DNA of 63,130 nt, filler included, from Folioceros fuciformis (Eukaryota), in NCBI GenBank assembly GCA_049999805.1. It is 9 parts of 9 records of this genome, joined end to end, with 100 filler letters (N's around TTAATTAATTAA, not from the genome) between each part and the next. Parts side by side here need not be neighbours in the genome. Positions count along the whole stretch, not along the records: positions 33,511 to 47,789 come from JBNGIO010001594.1; positions 47,890 to 52,385 come from JBNGIO010001596.1; 7 more parts are not named here. One strand, 5' to 3'. The translations under genes and the position numbers were made by a program. Shown in pieces: positions 38,196 to 50,494 of this stretch; positions within the stretch are counted from its first letter, which is position 1, and every line of letters begins with the position of its first letter. A model generated the notes under the pieces. That model did no database searches. It was not told where the DNA came from and saw nothing but the letters and a program-made list of their open reading frames with translations.

Positions 38196-38867
38196 AAGGT
38201 CTGAACAGCGGCGAACACGGAGACAAAATTGCACTTTGACTTGAGGCAAATTTCGTAATCGTAGCCCGTGAAGCTGTTGGACGGAACCGAGGTCGTGGGC
38301 TCTGAATAGCGAACTTTGACCTGCAATGTTTGTGAATCCCAGCCTGCATTGCAATCAACCCAGCCTTTTCATTCCCATCACTCCTGCGTTGAGAGTGTTA
38401 CCCTGTTACCATGTACATGACGATGCGAGGACCCTCAACCCACGAGTTTGTTTCTCGCCGTCATTAATACAGAAGTCGGTGCGAGAGATCTCGCCGGAGT
38501 CTGCTTCCCGCCCAATCCACTGGCGATGTTGAAATTCGTGATGCAAGGATTCGCTTGGGGAAGATGCAGGTAGGCCAGTCTGCACACCCAACCGATGAGC
38601 ATAATTCAACATTGTCAGCAGGGGTGCCTTTGATGAGTTGCTATCTGCTGTGCTACGATCCAGGACCTCATCATTGCGTTCAGCTAACATACTGCGTCCT
38701 GTACCATAAGTTGCTCTGATGTTTGGAACATTGCTTTGTGTCAGGGTCTCTTCAGGGTAGTGACCACTGAGTACGTCGTTCAGTTGTCCCAAGCTTGCAA
38801 GACTTTCAGGCGATATTGCGTGTTTCAGCTAAGTCGTTCGCACAGCCCTGTAGTTTGTAAAGCAGAC

Positions 38868-39485
38868 ATGGCACCAGCTACGAAGAGGCCCCGCCCTTGG
38901 GATGCTTGCGACGACATCAAGGAATTGAAAAGGATGTTGGAGGTGAAAGAGAACCAACTTGAGAGAGCAACGAAGACGGAGGCAGCAGCCGGAGCAAGGT
39001 TTTCGCCGAAAGAGATAGAGCGCAATGCGAAGAAGGTGAAGCGGTCCATTCAGCGACAGATTGCAAAGAAGATGGTGTACAAGCCAAGCATGAAGGCCGG
39101 AGCAGAGTGTGTGAGTGCTGGGGCGGCCGATGTGACGGCAGAGGTTTTCAAGTGCATGCTCGGAGAGTCGCTGTTTGCCCAGGCAAGCACAGGGCCTAAG
39201 CGCAGGATTCAGGTGAAGGCCACAGACATGGACATCAATGGCCTATTCATCGTGAAGGGGGCTCGAGGTCCCCGTCCTGCTTCTTCCAAGAACCTGCGAT
39301 TCGGAGGCTCCCTGGAGCTCTCCGGTGGCCTGAAATTCGTGCTGGATCAGGAAACCTGTGGGCTAGAAGTGACAGGCTCGTACAAGCTCAGCAGGTGGTG
39401 GTTCAGATCTGCTGCAGTGGTTGCTTCCGGGGTAGGTACAAAAGCGCGAGCGGGATGTTGTACCCCGTCGTTACCAAGTAACTGA
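38868..39485 (+). CDS. Intronless hypothetical protein (205 aa), basic, with N-terminal coiled coil
   Basis: Good-context ATG (GACATGG) and a coding-like, purine-rich ORF: MAPATKRPRPWD..SPKEIERNAKKVKRSIQRQIAKKMVYKPSMKAG..EVFKCMLG..KNLRFGGSLELSGGLKFVLDQETCGLEVTGSYKL. Confidence 0.72.
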   Translation: MAPATKRPRPWDACDDIKELKRMLEVKENQLERATKTEAAAGARFSPKEIERNAKKVKRSIQRQIAKKMVYKPSMKAGAECVSAGAADVTAEVFKCMLGESLFAQASTGPKRRIQVKATDMDINGLFIVKGARGPRPASSKNLRFGGSLELSGGLKFVLDQETCGLEVTGSYKLSRWWFRSAAVVASGVGTKARAGCCTPSLPSN

Positions 39486-41310
39486 GACCACACACAGTAC
39501 TGCCCCCACATCCATGCGAGGATCTGAACTGGTGAAGAGTCGTGTTTGATCAGCGTTGGACGCTTGACAGCGTGGATAACTTTGCAACCTATCCACCAAG
39601 CATCCGAAGCCTGCTGCTAAACGGAAGTGCCGCACCTGACATACCGCAGCGCGCACTTGAATGATCCAGATTCCAGAAAAGAGTCAGTGTCAGTCGTTTC
39701 AATGGGGTGGTCCCTATTCGTGTTATTGAAGGGCTCTGTGTGGGCCATGTTCAGTATCTACATGAACATCGGACAGGCCTTAAAATAGCTTATCCTTTTC
39801 ACATGGCCAGCCCTTGGTCAGCTTTACGTGGTTTCTTTGTGCAGTGGGCCAAGCTCTGTCGGAATCAGGCCAGGACGCAATGCCGAATACCGAGTTCCTG
39901 ACGTGAAGAGCCTGTACCCAAGTGGTGCTTCTCTGCCACAAACTCTTCCCAAGCTTTCATCCATCCATCGACCTGTGCTTTGCTGCAAGCCTTGGGTAAT
40001 TGTTTCATGATCGTTTGTTGATATTGCTTTCTACTCCCACTAGAAAATCATGCCAGACTACTTTTGAAACCAAAGTGAGTTTGATGTATGCACTTTGCTC
40101 TACTTGGATACCCAGTGAGTGAGTTCAATCTATGGTTCACTTGGATACAGTACATAAAGTTCTGCCAAGATTCTGCACTACTTCCTAAGTGTGAAGTATT
40201 TCTCCAACCAAGGATATAAGGACTCGTGCCAAGGTACATATGGCATCTCGTATTAATAAAGTCTTCTGTAAATTTTTTTATGATAGTGTGAGCAATCCTG
40301 GAACTTGTGTTAGTAGCAGGCTTTTGTAACAGGCTTGTTATATTCTAAACTAATAACACATAGCTGGCAATATGTCTGTCTTGATATATTTTAGAATGAG
40401 AATACATAGCTGGCAATCCTACCCACCACCTCCATCTAGTACAGACGTCTGCACGCACAGCTGCTAATGTGGACAATTTGCACATTATACATTGTGGACA
40501 TACAGGCACATGTTGTATAGAGCAAACAATGGGCGTGAGATCCCTCGACGATGACGCATGCATGCGCCATGCATGTGGGTCCGGCCGGCAAGAAAGTTCG
40601 TTTCACGCCCGTTTCGACCTAGGCCGTACCGGATTGGCAGACCGTACCCGCGGGAACAGCCTGCATTTCGGCTCGGGCCGCAGTCTCGGGATCCTGCAAT
40701 TCTGTGCTCAGACCGTTTGGCATACTCCATAGATTTATGCCTCAGAACATGCACGTCCATCATGCCTGGAAAATTTGCGTTCCTCGTCCATGAAGTTGTG
40801 AAGTGCGACATACACAAGGAGGTTTTGGCCAGCGTGCGAGGTCCCTCGGAGTATGGCATATGCAGCATTGCAGACGAGATGACGATGAAGGAGAAGAAAT
40901 TAGACGGGTATCTTGCATACACGCAGACTCCGGGTTCTGCTTCTCGGCGCCCTGGGAGCCGTGATTGCGGAATCGGCAGGCTGGAGGTAATGCATGCATT
41001 TCGCGCTGGTCTCTCCCAGTGGTGATGCAGCCAGGCACGTTGGTCTGAAGCTTCGAGGAGGAGGTTGGGGAATGGCAGCTGGTGTTGACAGAGGTTGAGT
41101 CTTGAAAACTGCTGGCCGGGGTCCGCGCAACCCGGTTCCACCTCGCGCCGATCGGCAATTCTCGGGTTTTAAGCCCTTTTATGCGATTGTCGCACCCTCC
41201 TGGACGCCACAGCCAGAGTCCACTGCTGGATTTTGGGTTTGGGTTTGGGCAGCAACACGGCTTACAGCACGGAGCGAGCGTCTTGCCGGCTCTGGCTTGC
41301 GTGCTGTGAT

Positions 41311-42969
41311 CTAAGAGGTGACAAGCTGCGGGTAGAATGGCACAGGCCGGCCGTGGGCGCGGACGATGGAAGCCACCAGCGCCACAGTCGCCCCCACGTC
41401 CACGTCCATCCGGCTGCTTTTCACGCCCTGGGCGTCGATTCTGTAGTAGTTGAAGCGGAGAGAGTCTGCCAGCGAGTGGTAGCAGGGGTTGCTGAAGTTG
41501 CTGGGACGCACCTCCACCACGGACGAGGCGTGTGGCATGAACACCATGTTTGACAGCCCGGCGCCGTGAGGTCCCAGCAACACCGCCGCCCGGGAGAAGA
41601 GTTCCTTTGTCGCCTTCATGCTCCAATTTACACGGTCTGAGAACACCCGCACCCTGGCCACCCCTAGAGCGGCTTCCAGCCCAGCCACGATCCCGTCGTG
41701 TTGCACCAGCCCTCGGCTCGCCACTCGCTCCTCCACTACCACGTACCAGCCCGCGCTCCCCCACCTCGTCCGCCCGACGTGGAAATGGGCTCGCCGAATG
41801 CGCCGCCACACGCTCCCACTCGCCTTCCCGCAGGTGGGAGACTGCGCCACCACCAGGACGTCCGCGCGCACCAGGTCCTCATCGCCTACCACTTGCACGC
41901 GCCCTGGGGCCAGCTCGGGCTCGCCCAGCAGCCGGAAGAAGGTGGAAATGACCGCCACGTCCGGCTTGGACACCACGACCCTGGCCCCCGGAAACGCGCG
42001 GATGGCGGGCAGCAGGAGCGCGATGCGCGGGAGCAGCTCCGCCAGGCCGTGGAACTGGCTACTGGCGTGGCCGGACGCCAGGGTGATGGCCGCCGGGAGC
42101 TCCACCACCCGCTGCCCGTCGCGGACCAGCGGCCGCTTGCCCTCCATCTCCCAACACCCGCCCTTGATGAAAATCTGTCCGGCGTCGAACACCTGCGCGA
42201 CATTGTTGGTGTAAACCTGGGCGACGAAGGCGAAGCCCCCGCGCTGCGCTGCGTACTTCCCCACCGGACGCTCCCCCAGGCGAGGAGTGGTGAAGCTTGC
42301 ATCCTCCGTGGGAAGCGACACGGGATCCTCCTCGTCCACCAGCGTCGGGTCCCCGCACACCGCTCTTAAGCCCACCGTCCCCTTCTTGCACTCCCAGAGC
42401 GCGGGGCAAGCCACCGTCCCCAGATTTTCCACGGACAGCATTACCGGCAAGCCAACGCGTCTGCACTGGAGCGCACCCGCCACCTCCTTCCCCTGCCACA
42501 CCTGCTTCGTGTCCACCACATTCAGCTCCCAGAGCGTGAGGTTGGGCCGGATGCCAGGCCTGGGATTGCCGTTGAGCGTCAAGTTCCGCCGCTCCCACTG
42601 GCTCTTCCAGGCCACCACGTTGGGCACGTCGTCCCTCTCCTCCAGCAGCCAGCGCTCCGGATCCCCATCCTCCAGTTCGTTAGAGGGCGTCACTTCACGC
42701 GCCGACCACCTCATGCGCTCCACCACCATGCACAGCGCTGCCTTCGCGTTCGCCCGCTGCTCCTGCTCGGGAACCCCACCTTCCGAGTCGCACCACCCGG
42801 AGAAGCCATCCAGCGTGAGGAGCGTGAAGGGGAGGACGAGGCACAGGAAGAGGACGAGCGCCAGAAACAGCGGCCTGCGCACCACTGCCCTGCTCCTCTT
42901 CCCAACTACGCCTAGGAGCAGGACGCCCACGGCGTCCCGGGTCTGCACGCCGCCGTTCACCCCTGCCAT
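41311..42969 (-). CDS. GT61-family (DUF563) glycosyltransferase, type II membrane protein, intronless
   Basis: 552-aa ORF with an N-terminal TM helix (LFLALVLFLCLVLPFTLLTL), FHGLAELLPRI, the GT61 signature LFSRAAVLLGPHGAGLSNMVFMP..VVEV, and CYHSLADSLRFNYY. Confidence 0.85.
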   Translation of the reverse strand: MAGVNGGVQTRDAVGVLLLGVVGKRSRAVVRRPLFLALVLFLCLVLPFTLLTLDGFSGWCDSEGGVPEQEQRANAKAALCMVVERMRWSAREVTPSNELEDGDPERWLLEERDDVPNVVAWKSQWERRNLTLNGNPRPGIRPNLTLWELNVVDTKQVWQGKEVAGALQCRRVGLPVMLSVENLGTVACPALWECKKGTVGLRAVCGDPTLVDEEDPVSLPTEDASFTTPRLGERPVGKYAAQRGGFAFVAQVYTNNVAQVFDAGQIFIKGGCWEMEGKRPLVRDGQRVVELPAAITLASGHASSQFHGLAELLPRIALLLPAIRAFPGARVVVSKPDVAVISTFFRLLGEPELAPGRVQVVGDEDLVRADVLVVAQSPTCGKASGSVWRRIRRAHFHVGRTRWGSAGWYVVVEERVASRGLVQHDGIVAGLEAALGVARVRVFSDRVNWSMKATKELFSRAAVLLGPHGAGLSNMVFMPHASSVVEVRPSNFSNPCYHSLADSLRFNYYRIDAQGVKSSRMDVDVGATVALVASIVRAHGRPVPFYPQLVTS

Positions 42970-45900
42970 GGAGAGGGGAAGGAAGGAGTGAGTGGAAATT
43001 AAGCCAGTGGAACGATATCAAGGAGCGTGGAGTGCGGAACTGCAGCCTGGCAGGGTTAGCTGGACCCCGGAGCTGCGGGGTAGGGAAGAGAGTGAAACTG
43101 CATTCGCTGCTACGTTGTATGGTATAGCCAATTTTGGCCAAGCTTCACCGGCAATTCGCGTGTGGGCAGCCGCGAGACGGAGACGGCGCCTGGAGCTTGG
43201 CCTGCCAGCCAATGCTCTTTTTCGAGCTCTAGAACTAGGGGCTGCCAGGAATCGGTTCGAGGCGTGCGACAAGCCGGGCCACCGGCTGGATGCCTTCCCT
43301 CCCAGTAACGCACGCGGGAGGCAGTGCCGTCCCGTTGTGTCATTACGGTGAAGTCTGAATCCCCTCTTACGGGGTAGCAAACCTCGAGTTCCGTGCACTG
43401 TCGTGGTGGGTCTTTTCTTCTGCCCGCATCTACGTCCCATTGCCTTCCATGTCTCTCTTTCCCCCACTGATGACTCTGTCCCCTTGCTCCACTTCTTGTC
43501 ATGCTGCTGGTGTTGCACCTTTTCGTCTCCCTGTATGCATTCGGACTGCTGGCAACTGTCAACAGCTACCAATAAACAATCAGGTTGGGGTTCTCAAGCT
43601 ACGAATTTCACTCACGGTCCTACGAGTAATTTGCCCGTGCCGCTCCGACTCGGTTGATGAAGTTGTGCGTCTCTTCTCGACAATCGATTCCCCCTCTTGT
43701 GCCTTTGAGTGGCATGCACAAACCACCATCATGGTCTGATGATATTCCGGCTTACCCTACCGTCAAACATTCTTTTATGGCTGGATCTGCGCCCATTCCT
43801 TTCCGCCCGGGGAGGTTCAGCAATGTACCTCGTGGAAATGTCAGATTTGCTTAAACAATGGATGTTTCTTTTCCACCGTTCAGCAACATGACGTTGTTGA
43901 ACTGCCCAGCACCAGCTTGTGCGCTGCCAACTGTTTTCGCTCGCTGCTGCACGGCCTGCTTTTACCCTTGCTGCTGCACTGGTGCTGGCTTTGAGTTGAA
44001 CCACGGCCAACATCCCACCAGCCTGGAGGTTTGGGAAGGCAGATGCGGATCCTCTTCATTGCCGCGAGAAAAGTTCATCAACTTTGGTTTCTGGTTCAGG
44101 ATAGGCCCTACTCTGTATCCTCAGCTTCCTGCAGTTCATTTTGCGAGTACACTGTTCTTTCATTTTGCGAGAACTGCCTTCCTTGCATCATCCCCACCAA
44201 CTGTCTTAGCTTGTGTGCCAAGTGGATGTGGAAGGATTATCCACCTTCTCCAACGAATCCTATGGCTATAGTCTCTTGCCTCCACTCGGGCTTGTGTGCA
44301 AAGGAGGGACGATGCCTCCATGCTCAGGTTGATCCAGGATGACGAATTACGAGTCCCCAATGGCAGGGAAGGTTCAGCAGGGCTGAGCAGATTGCTCCAT
44401 CTACGCCGCACTACCTCTCCAAGTGCTCTCTCTCTTTTCTCCTCTCAAAAACAGACCTCGGAAGACATTTATTGCCGGCTATGTCCACAAGCTGCAGTCT
44501 TGTTCGATCTACACCTGCATAATAGCTGTCATATTGCAGCTACTTGTACGCAAGAATTGCAAAAGCTGCATTTGCCCAGATACTGACCACACTCCGCGAT
44601 CGCCATGGAACTGAATGCACATTATACATTCTTCATGACGGGAAGGGCATCGTCAATCATTCCACTCATGTCGCTCCCTGTAAAGCACGCGACTAACAGT
44701 CTGTTGAATCCTGTCAGCCTTTTTCACTACTCAGCGCCAGGCCGAAACAAACGCAGAAAGTGAAGTCCGCAGATGAAGCCGGACTGGGGTGTATGGTTCA
44801 GCAGAATATGGAAATCCGATGGTCTAGGTCTCACATGCTCCGTGAGAGATTAAGCTTAAAAGCCTGGTCATACGAGACCCAGCAGGGGTGACAACAGTTT
44901 CCGAGAACCTTCTGTCCACAGGGCATCTTGATGAGAGGAGGAAACGAAGCAGGGATACGGTGCTCTTTGCAGCCCAACAAATGGCGCACTGTGCGGGCAC
45001 CTCGGAAAAGCCTGGAATAAAGGCGATCGTACAACTTTAGAAAATCCTTTATCAATTTGGACACAATGAGACTCGGGAGTACCTCACCAGGTGTTTGCTC
45101 GAACCAACGTCCCGACCAATCGCAACGTCAAGGGGTCAAGTCAAGCACCGTCCACTACTGGGCTTGCAACTTGCTCCCACGACAGCAAGTGTTCCCAAAA
45201 CCTTGCCCCTCACTGCTGTCAGGCTGCTCTCACCTGTGACTCCTTTGCAGGGAACACTTCACTCCCCATGGACGAATTGACAAAGCCAGGGAATTGAAGC
45301 AGTTAGCACGTGTGTTCTCTGCGAAGAGTAACATCGCTTGTCGTACTCATGAGACTCCGGTGCAACTATGAGCTCCTATACATACAAACGAGGGCATGTG
45401 GGCACACATTTACCCCGAAAGAGGGCAAGGAGAGGTGCCATGCGACCCATGCAACAGCCACTTATTTGGACCTGCAGTCCTGCGCTCAGATCTATTCTTA
45501 ATGGAATAGTAACGAAGTATACCATAGTAAAAATTATTAACAATTTGTACAAGTCCTTGACGAAAATCCGGCCTCTTAATTCATACACTCCGATTAATTC
45601 TCCTCCTCCCACACCACGTCTTCCACACAACTCCAAGCACAGGTGGAGATATGCAGGACGATTTCGGTGTTCAAGGATCTGGACTTGGAAATATCAATGA
45701 GTCCCTAAGACAACATCAATTTCTGGGCTGTGAAAGTCTCGTTCTGATGGTTTTCGACTCAACCAGGGCAGAACCTCCTCGGTATGGGATGAGATATTCC
45801 CAGCTGATATCTAGACATCGATCTCCATGCCGCTTCTATCTGGATGTAGGAGACGGGGGTTCTCCTCATGGTGCGCTCTCCTGAATAGCAACTGCAAAGA

Positions 45901-46555
45901 CATCACGCATGGAGGCGTTCTGGACGTCTACTCCTTCGAGTAGTGGCTTCTCATTAGTAAACTTGCAGAAGGCCTGCACCCATGTCATACTGATCGTTTC
46001 GTGAGGACCCAATTCTTTCCTCTTGTCGAGTTCCTTTCCGAATAGTGTCCAGGCATTGTTTCTTTGCCTGAATGAATGTCCAAGTAAGGATGTCCATGAT
46101 GTAATGAGAGAGAAACAGGCTGGTGGGATTCGAGAAGCTTGGACGCCAGGCCGAGCCTTAAAGTCTTTCCCTGACCTACTGAAGAGCGGAGACGAACTCT
46201 TGCAGACAGATGCCGAACGTGCTTCGTTTCTCGAAGAAGCACCTGAGAAGAAGCACCAGCTGCACATTGTTCCTCCGTTAGTCACAGTCCAGCATGTTTC
46301 CTTCACTCGTCATGGCCTGAACATTTTGTCAGAGCAGAACAAGCAGATCAATTCCTTCCATCGTACCCTAAGCAGCTCGCGCACAAACAAGCACCTAGAA
46401 CCACTCCTTCACTCGTCAAAGCACTCGACAGTTCACAGCATAGAACCCTATGAATCACTCCTCTCCACACAGCCAGAAAAAAACGGTTCCTCTAAGCGTC
46501 ACAGGCCTCAACACTTCCTTCACCTTTTCAGACCAAAGAGCCCGTAGAATCTATT

Positions 46556-47400
46556 TCACTCGTCAGAGACTTGGACAGTTCCGTCCCCCTGTGGTTGTGG
46601 TGGAGCAGCTCCTCCGCTATTCATTCGTGCCCTAGCCTCTGCAAACATGCGCTGCTGTGCTGCCAGAGCTTCTTCTTCTGTCATGCCACCGGCACACCCA
46701 TCCTTGGCCCATCTTGCACTAGCCTTAGGGGAATCCTGAAAGCAATTGAGAAGATACACGGTTTCATCACAATTCCATCAATCAACCCGTCAATTTCAAA
46801 TAAAGTAGCTGGCATAAAGTTGGGAAGAAACACGATGCTCACCAGGGTTTCCGTCTTGTGCTGCTGGTAAGCCATCTGAACCTCCGGGATGTAATCCCCG
46901 AATCCTAGTTCCTAAGAGCCCAGACAGTCACACGCGGTTGCCGACAATTGAAACACGGGATACTACAACACACCACAAATTGGCTGCAGGCGCTGGTGAT
47001 CCTACCTCGAGGGCCTTCACCACATGCTCCGGAGCTATTGTCCGCTTCTCTTCTCGGTTGCATATCTCATTAGACTCCGACGAGATAAGATTGATAAATT
47101 CTGGGAAGGAAAGATCAAAACCAGTCTGTGCCTTGACAAACAGCAGAAAGCTTTTTGCCCAAAACGTGAAGGGAACGACGATTCCCACCTACGCAGCACT
47201 CCACAAGCAGTTCTTGAGCATCCTTGGCAACCCGCATGTCAGGCGGCAACATCTCCTTTACAATTTTTGTCATTGTCGCTAGTACACAAGCACTAGTGTG
47301 AGTGTGAGAGAGAGTGTAAAACCCCGACGCGAATAAACACGTTCAACTTACCTCTGGGAAGGGACACCTCCTCCTTGAGCTTTCCTGCGGCTGTGTCCAT
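46556..47400 (-). CDS. DR1: NC2 beta / Dr1 histone-fold transcription cofactor, 5 exons
   Basis: MDTAAGKLKEEVSLPR|ATMTKIVKEMLPPDMRVAKDAQELLVECCV|EFINLISSESNEICNREEKRTIAPEHVVKALE|ELGFGDYI..HKTETL|DSPK..MTEEEALAAQQRMFAEARARM. Confidence 0.95.
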
Positions 47401-47789
47401 TGTCGTGATGTTCCTCCACCAAGAGTCCTCGCCAGCACCGACCAGCTCTAATGCTTGATTCCCTCTCGCTGGTCGTTGCCCTCCGTCGTTTCTAGCACTT
47501 GGACTTGGATTACTATTTATTTCTCTCCATCTTTAAGCTCACGTAGCAAATCTATTTGTTTTTGTATGAGGGAAAAATATTTTATTTAAAACAGATAAAA
47601 AATCCCATCTACGTGAACAAGAGGAGGAAAGCCAGCAAGCCCCACTTAGCTTCTATCTTACAGAACTAGTCCTTCTTAAATCGTTCTTTATAGACTGACC
47701 TGTCCTTCTTTCTCCATGGTAATATTTCTTTCTTTTTAATATATTTATATTTTATATTATATAATTATTATAATAAAATTATATATATA

Positions 47790-47889
47790 NNNNNNNNNNN
47801 NNNNNNNNNNNNNNNNNNNNNNNNNNNNNNNNNTTAATTAATTAANNNNNNNNNNNNNNNNNNNNNNNNNNNNNNNNNNNNNNNNNNNN
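47790..47889. other. Artificial contig spacer
   Basis: N44-TTAATTAATTAA-N44. Confidence 0.98.
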
Positions 47890-50494
47890 TGTTATGTGAG
47901 TGGAAGTGTTACGAAAGCAAAGTTGTTTTTGATTGATTGATGATTGCGCCGTCAGGAGCATGGCAACAAAACGATCGAGTGGCTGCCGCTTGCATCTAGA
48001 CTGATTTTGCAAGTTTCGAGAGAGGGAAGATCTTTGGGAGCTGCATCCAGGCTAGGCTAGGCTAAGCTAAGCTGGGCTGGGCTGGGCTGGGCTGGGTGGT
48101 CCTTGCGAGGCTGGCCCCCGGAGATTGGAGGCCGGGCTGGAGCCTCGCAGGCCTGAAAGAGAGTGAGCCAAGCATGCTACTTGGGACAGCAAACGCGGAG
48201 GGGCTCGGGAATCCATGCAGTGGGAATGCACGGCTTTGGAATTGGGCAGTGGGAATTCATGGCAAAGGTGCCTCGATGTGCTCAAAATGTGTGTGCGAGT
48301 GTGAGAAGTTGAAGCGTACGATTCACGAGCATGTGGAGGGACTGGACTCCGTGGGCCTGGGAGACCTCCCCGTTAACTCTTGCATTGGCGGGTCAGGGCC
48401 AGCGTCAGGGGTCCAGGGTCCAGGGTCAAGCAGGCGGAGCTGAGAGCTGAGCCCAGCCTCGGGGCAGGGTGGACTAGGACGCCACTGTTTTCATTAGCTA
48501 ATAATGTTAGTCCTGGAAATGGGGGATTTTCATCCCATTTTCGAGAGAGCTGTCTCGCTGGGGAGAAGTGGCGGGACGGTGGCCAGAGAAAAGAGAGTCG
48601 AGGGTGTGGGCCCTTGGGTTCAGATTGATGTCCATCTTCATGGCTTCACATGCCACTGGGAGCTTGGAACTTGGTGCCTTGCCCCGAGCGTGGCTGGCCT
48701 GGGTGTGAGGTGACAAGAGGTTTGCGTTTCTTTCACTTTACCTTGCGGATTTTTGTGACAATAATCTTCACATGGGCAGGCGCAGGAAGTGCAGTTCTGC
48801 AGCGGCTGCTGCAGATGTTGTTGCAGCAGCGCTCTACCGAGGCAGATGGCAGAAGGCGGACGCCAGGAGATTTATTTGTAGCCATGCGCATGCGCACTCC
48901 TGGATGTCTGGTGTGTTCACGTGTCGTTCCGGATCTAGGGAAGGCGAAGGAGAATCCAGTTACTTGTGCTGTACCTGCGACGTACAATACAGGGCAAGGA
49001 AGAAGAAGGGAGGAGGAAGGAGATGGAGGAGGGGAGGAAGGGATTATCCTATAGGATGCTTGCTTCGCTTTTTCATGTGTGGTGGGCACTGCGCATGCAT
49101 GCTCATTTATGGGGAGGCTCGACCCGCCCTCGGCTTGTCCAATGGCAGCAAGTGTGCAGTCCGCGGGGGCATGTGCTTTGGAGGGCTTGCTGTCCTGCTA
49201 GGTGGAGCAGGAGAAGTAGTACTTGCGTGGTGGCATTCCTGGAGAGAAATTTGCTTTCTGGAGATGGACTTCGCGTCTGATGAAGTGCAGAGCGCGGAGT
49301 GGCGAGGGAATTCGCAGACGGCGCGTGCAACCGTGCAGTGCAGTGCGGATGCATACATCAGCTGCTCCGTGACGGTGGTGATGGAAGTACATACCATGTG
49401 TACATTCTTGCAGCGGCTGTGCTCTGTGATGTCCATGTCCATGGCGTTTGTCGAGTACTGGCACTAGGCCGGTGTGGGGCCGGTCTTCTATCTGCAAATG
49501 GTAATACATGAACAGTAGAGAAAGCAGTATGGAGTGTGGCACATAGGCAGGCAGGCAGCACGCGGCGACAAGGGGACCGGGTGTGTGCCATGAAGCTGCA
49601 GCCAATGGAGAAGCAGGCTCAATTTCCAAAGCAGGCGGGGACAGCGACTCCCGAGGAGGCTCGGACTGGAAGGGTGCAGAGCGGGCCCCGCGTACCACGG
49701 GGCTCTGTCCTGTAGCCTTATGATTCTGGCCTGACAGCAGGCAGAAGGGCAGCAGGGCAGGCAGGGGCCCTCCCCGTCTGGGATCCAGTGTCAGTGACCA
49801 CAGAACGAGGAGCAAGAAGCAGCTGCCAGCAACAGCAACAGCAGCAGCATTGGAGCAAAGGAGGGCCGAGCAGGGAAAAGGAGCAGAAGAAGATGGTTAA
49901 ATAATTGGCATACAGCAGATTGCGGAAGAAGCAGAAGCAGAAGAAGAAGAAGAAGGAGAAGCAGGAGGTGTCAGTAGCCGTGTCCTCATTCCCAACGCCC
50001 TTTTAGGCCCGAAGAACACAGCCAAACCCTAAACCCGATGCCCCACCTGGCCTCTCCCCCAAGTATCACTCCAGACAACCGCGCAAGCAAGTCTTGTGCA
50101 AGTCATTTCTGGCAACATGGCCTCTTCCCTCCCTCACCTTGGGCATGACATGGCTTGCATGCAAGTTGCAGGAAAAGGTAGTCGGCCTCGGCCTTGGCCT
50201 ATCCTGCAAACATCATTGGGCTGGGACGGCCTTGATCCTGCTGCCTCCAGCCTCACTTGCCCTTAAACAAATCAAATACGACACACAACATCAAGCTGCC
50301 GCAGCTTCCAATTCATCCCTCTCTGGAACGCAGCTTTGCAGAGGCGAGCAAAGCGAGCTCTCCCCACGCTTGACCCCGCCTTGACTCCTGCTTGACCTCC
50401 CTTGACCCCAACATCCCACCATGGCATGCCAGGATGGCTAGCCAGCAGCGGTGGAGCGTCCAATCCTGTGTGAATCTAAGCAGAATAGAATCCA

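Noticed and set aside
40760-42991. Numerous long overlapping ORFs around the GT61 gene
   Set aside because: Shadow frames caused by very high GC content; Arg/Gly/Pro-rich with no motifs.
44831-45064. Tim9-like peptide (IKDFLKLYDRL)
   Set aside because: The twin CX3C motif is missing; likely coincidental.
48772-48860. SAC51-type conserved uORF (minus-strand QQPLQNC resembles FQPLQDCQ)
   Set aside because: The flanking conserved residues (IVRVIAC, AEYFR.LLKPVT) are absent.
49536-49556. miR160-like sequence: reverse complement TGCCTGCCTGCCTATGTGCCA versus miR160 TGCCTGGCTCCCTGTATGCCA
   Set aside because: Four differences, partly produced by a (GGCA)n microsatellite, and no convincing star arm. 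A target-mimic role cannot be fully excluded but is unsupported.
49660-49680. miR319-like TCGGACTGGAAGGGTGC
   Set aside because: It has an insertion, a divergent 3' end and no complementary arm.
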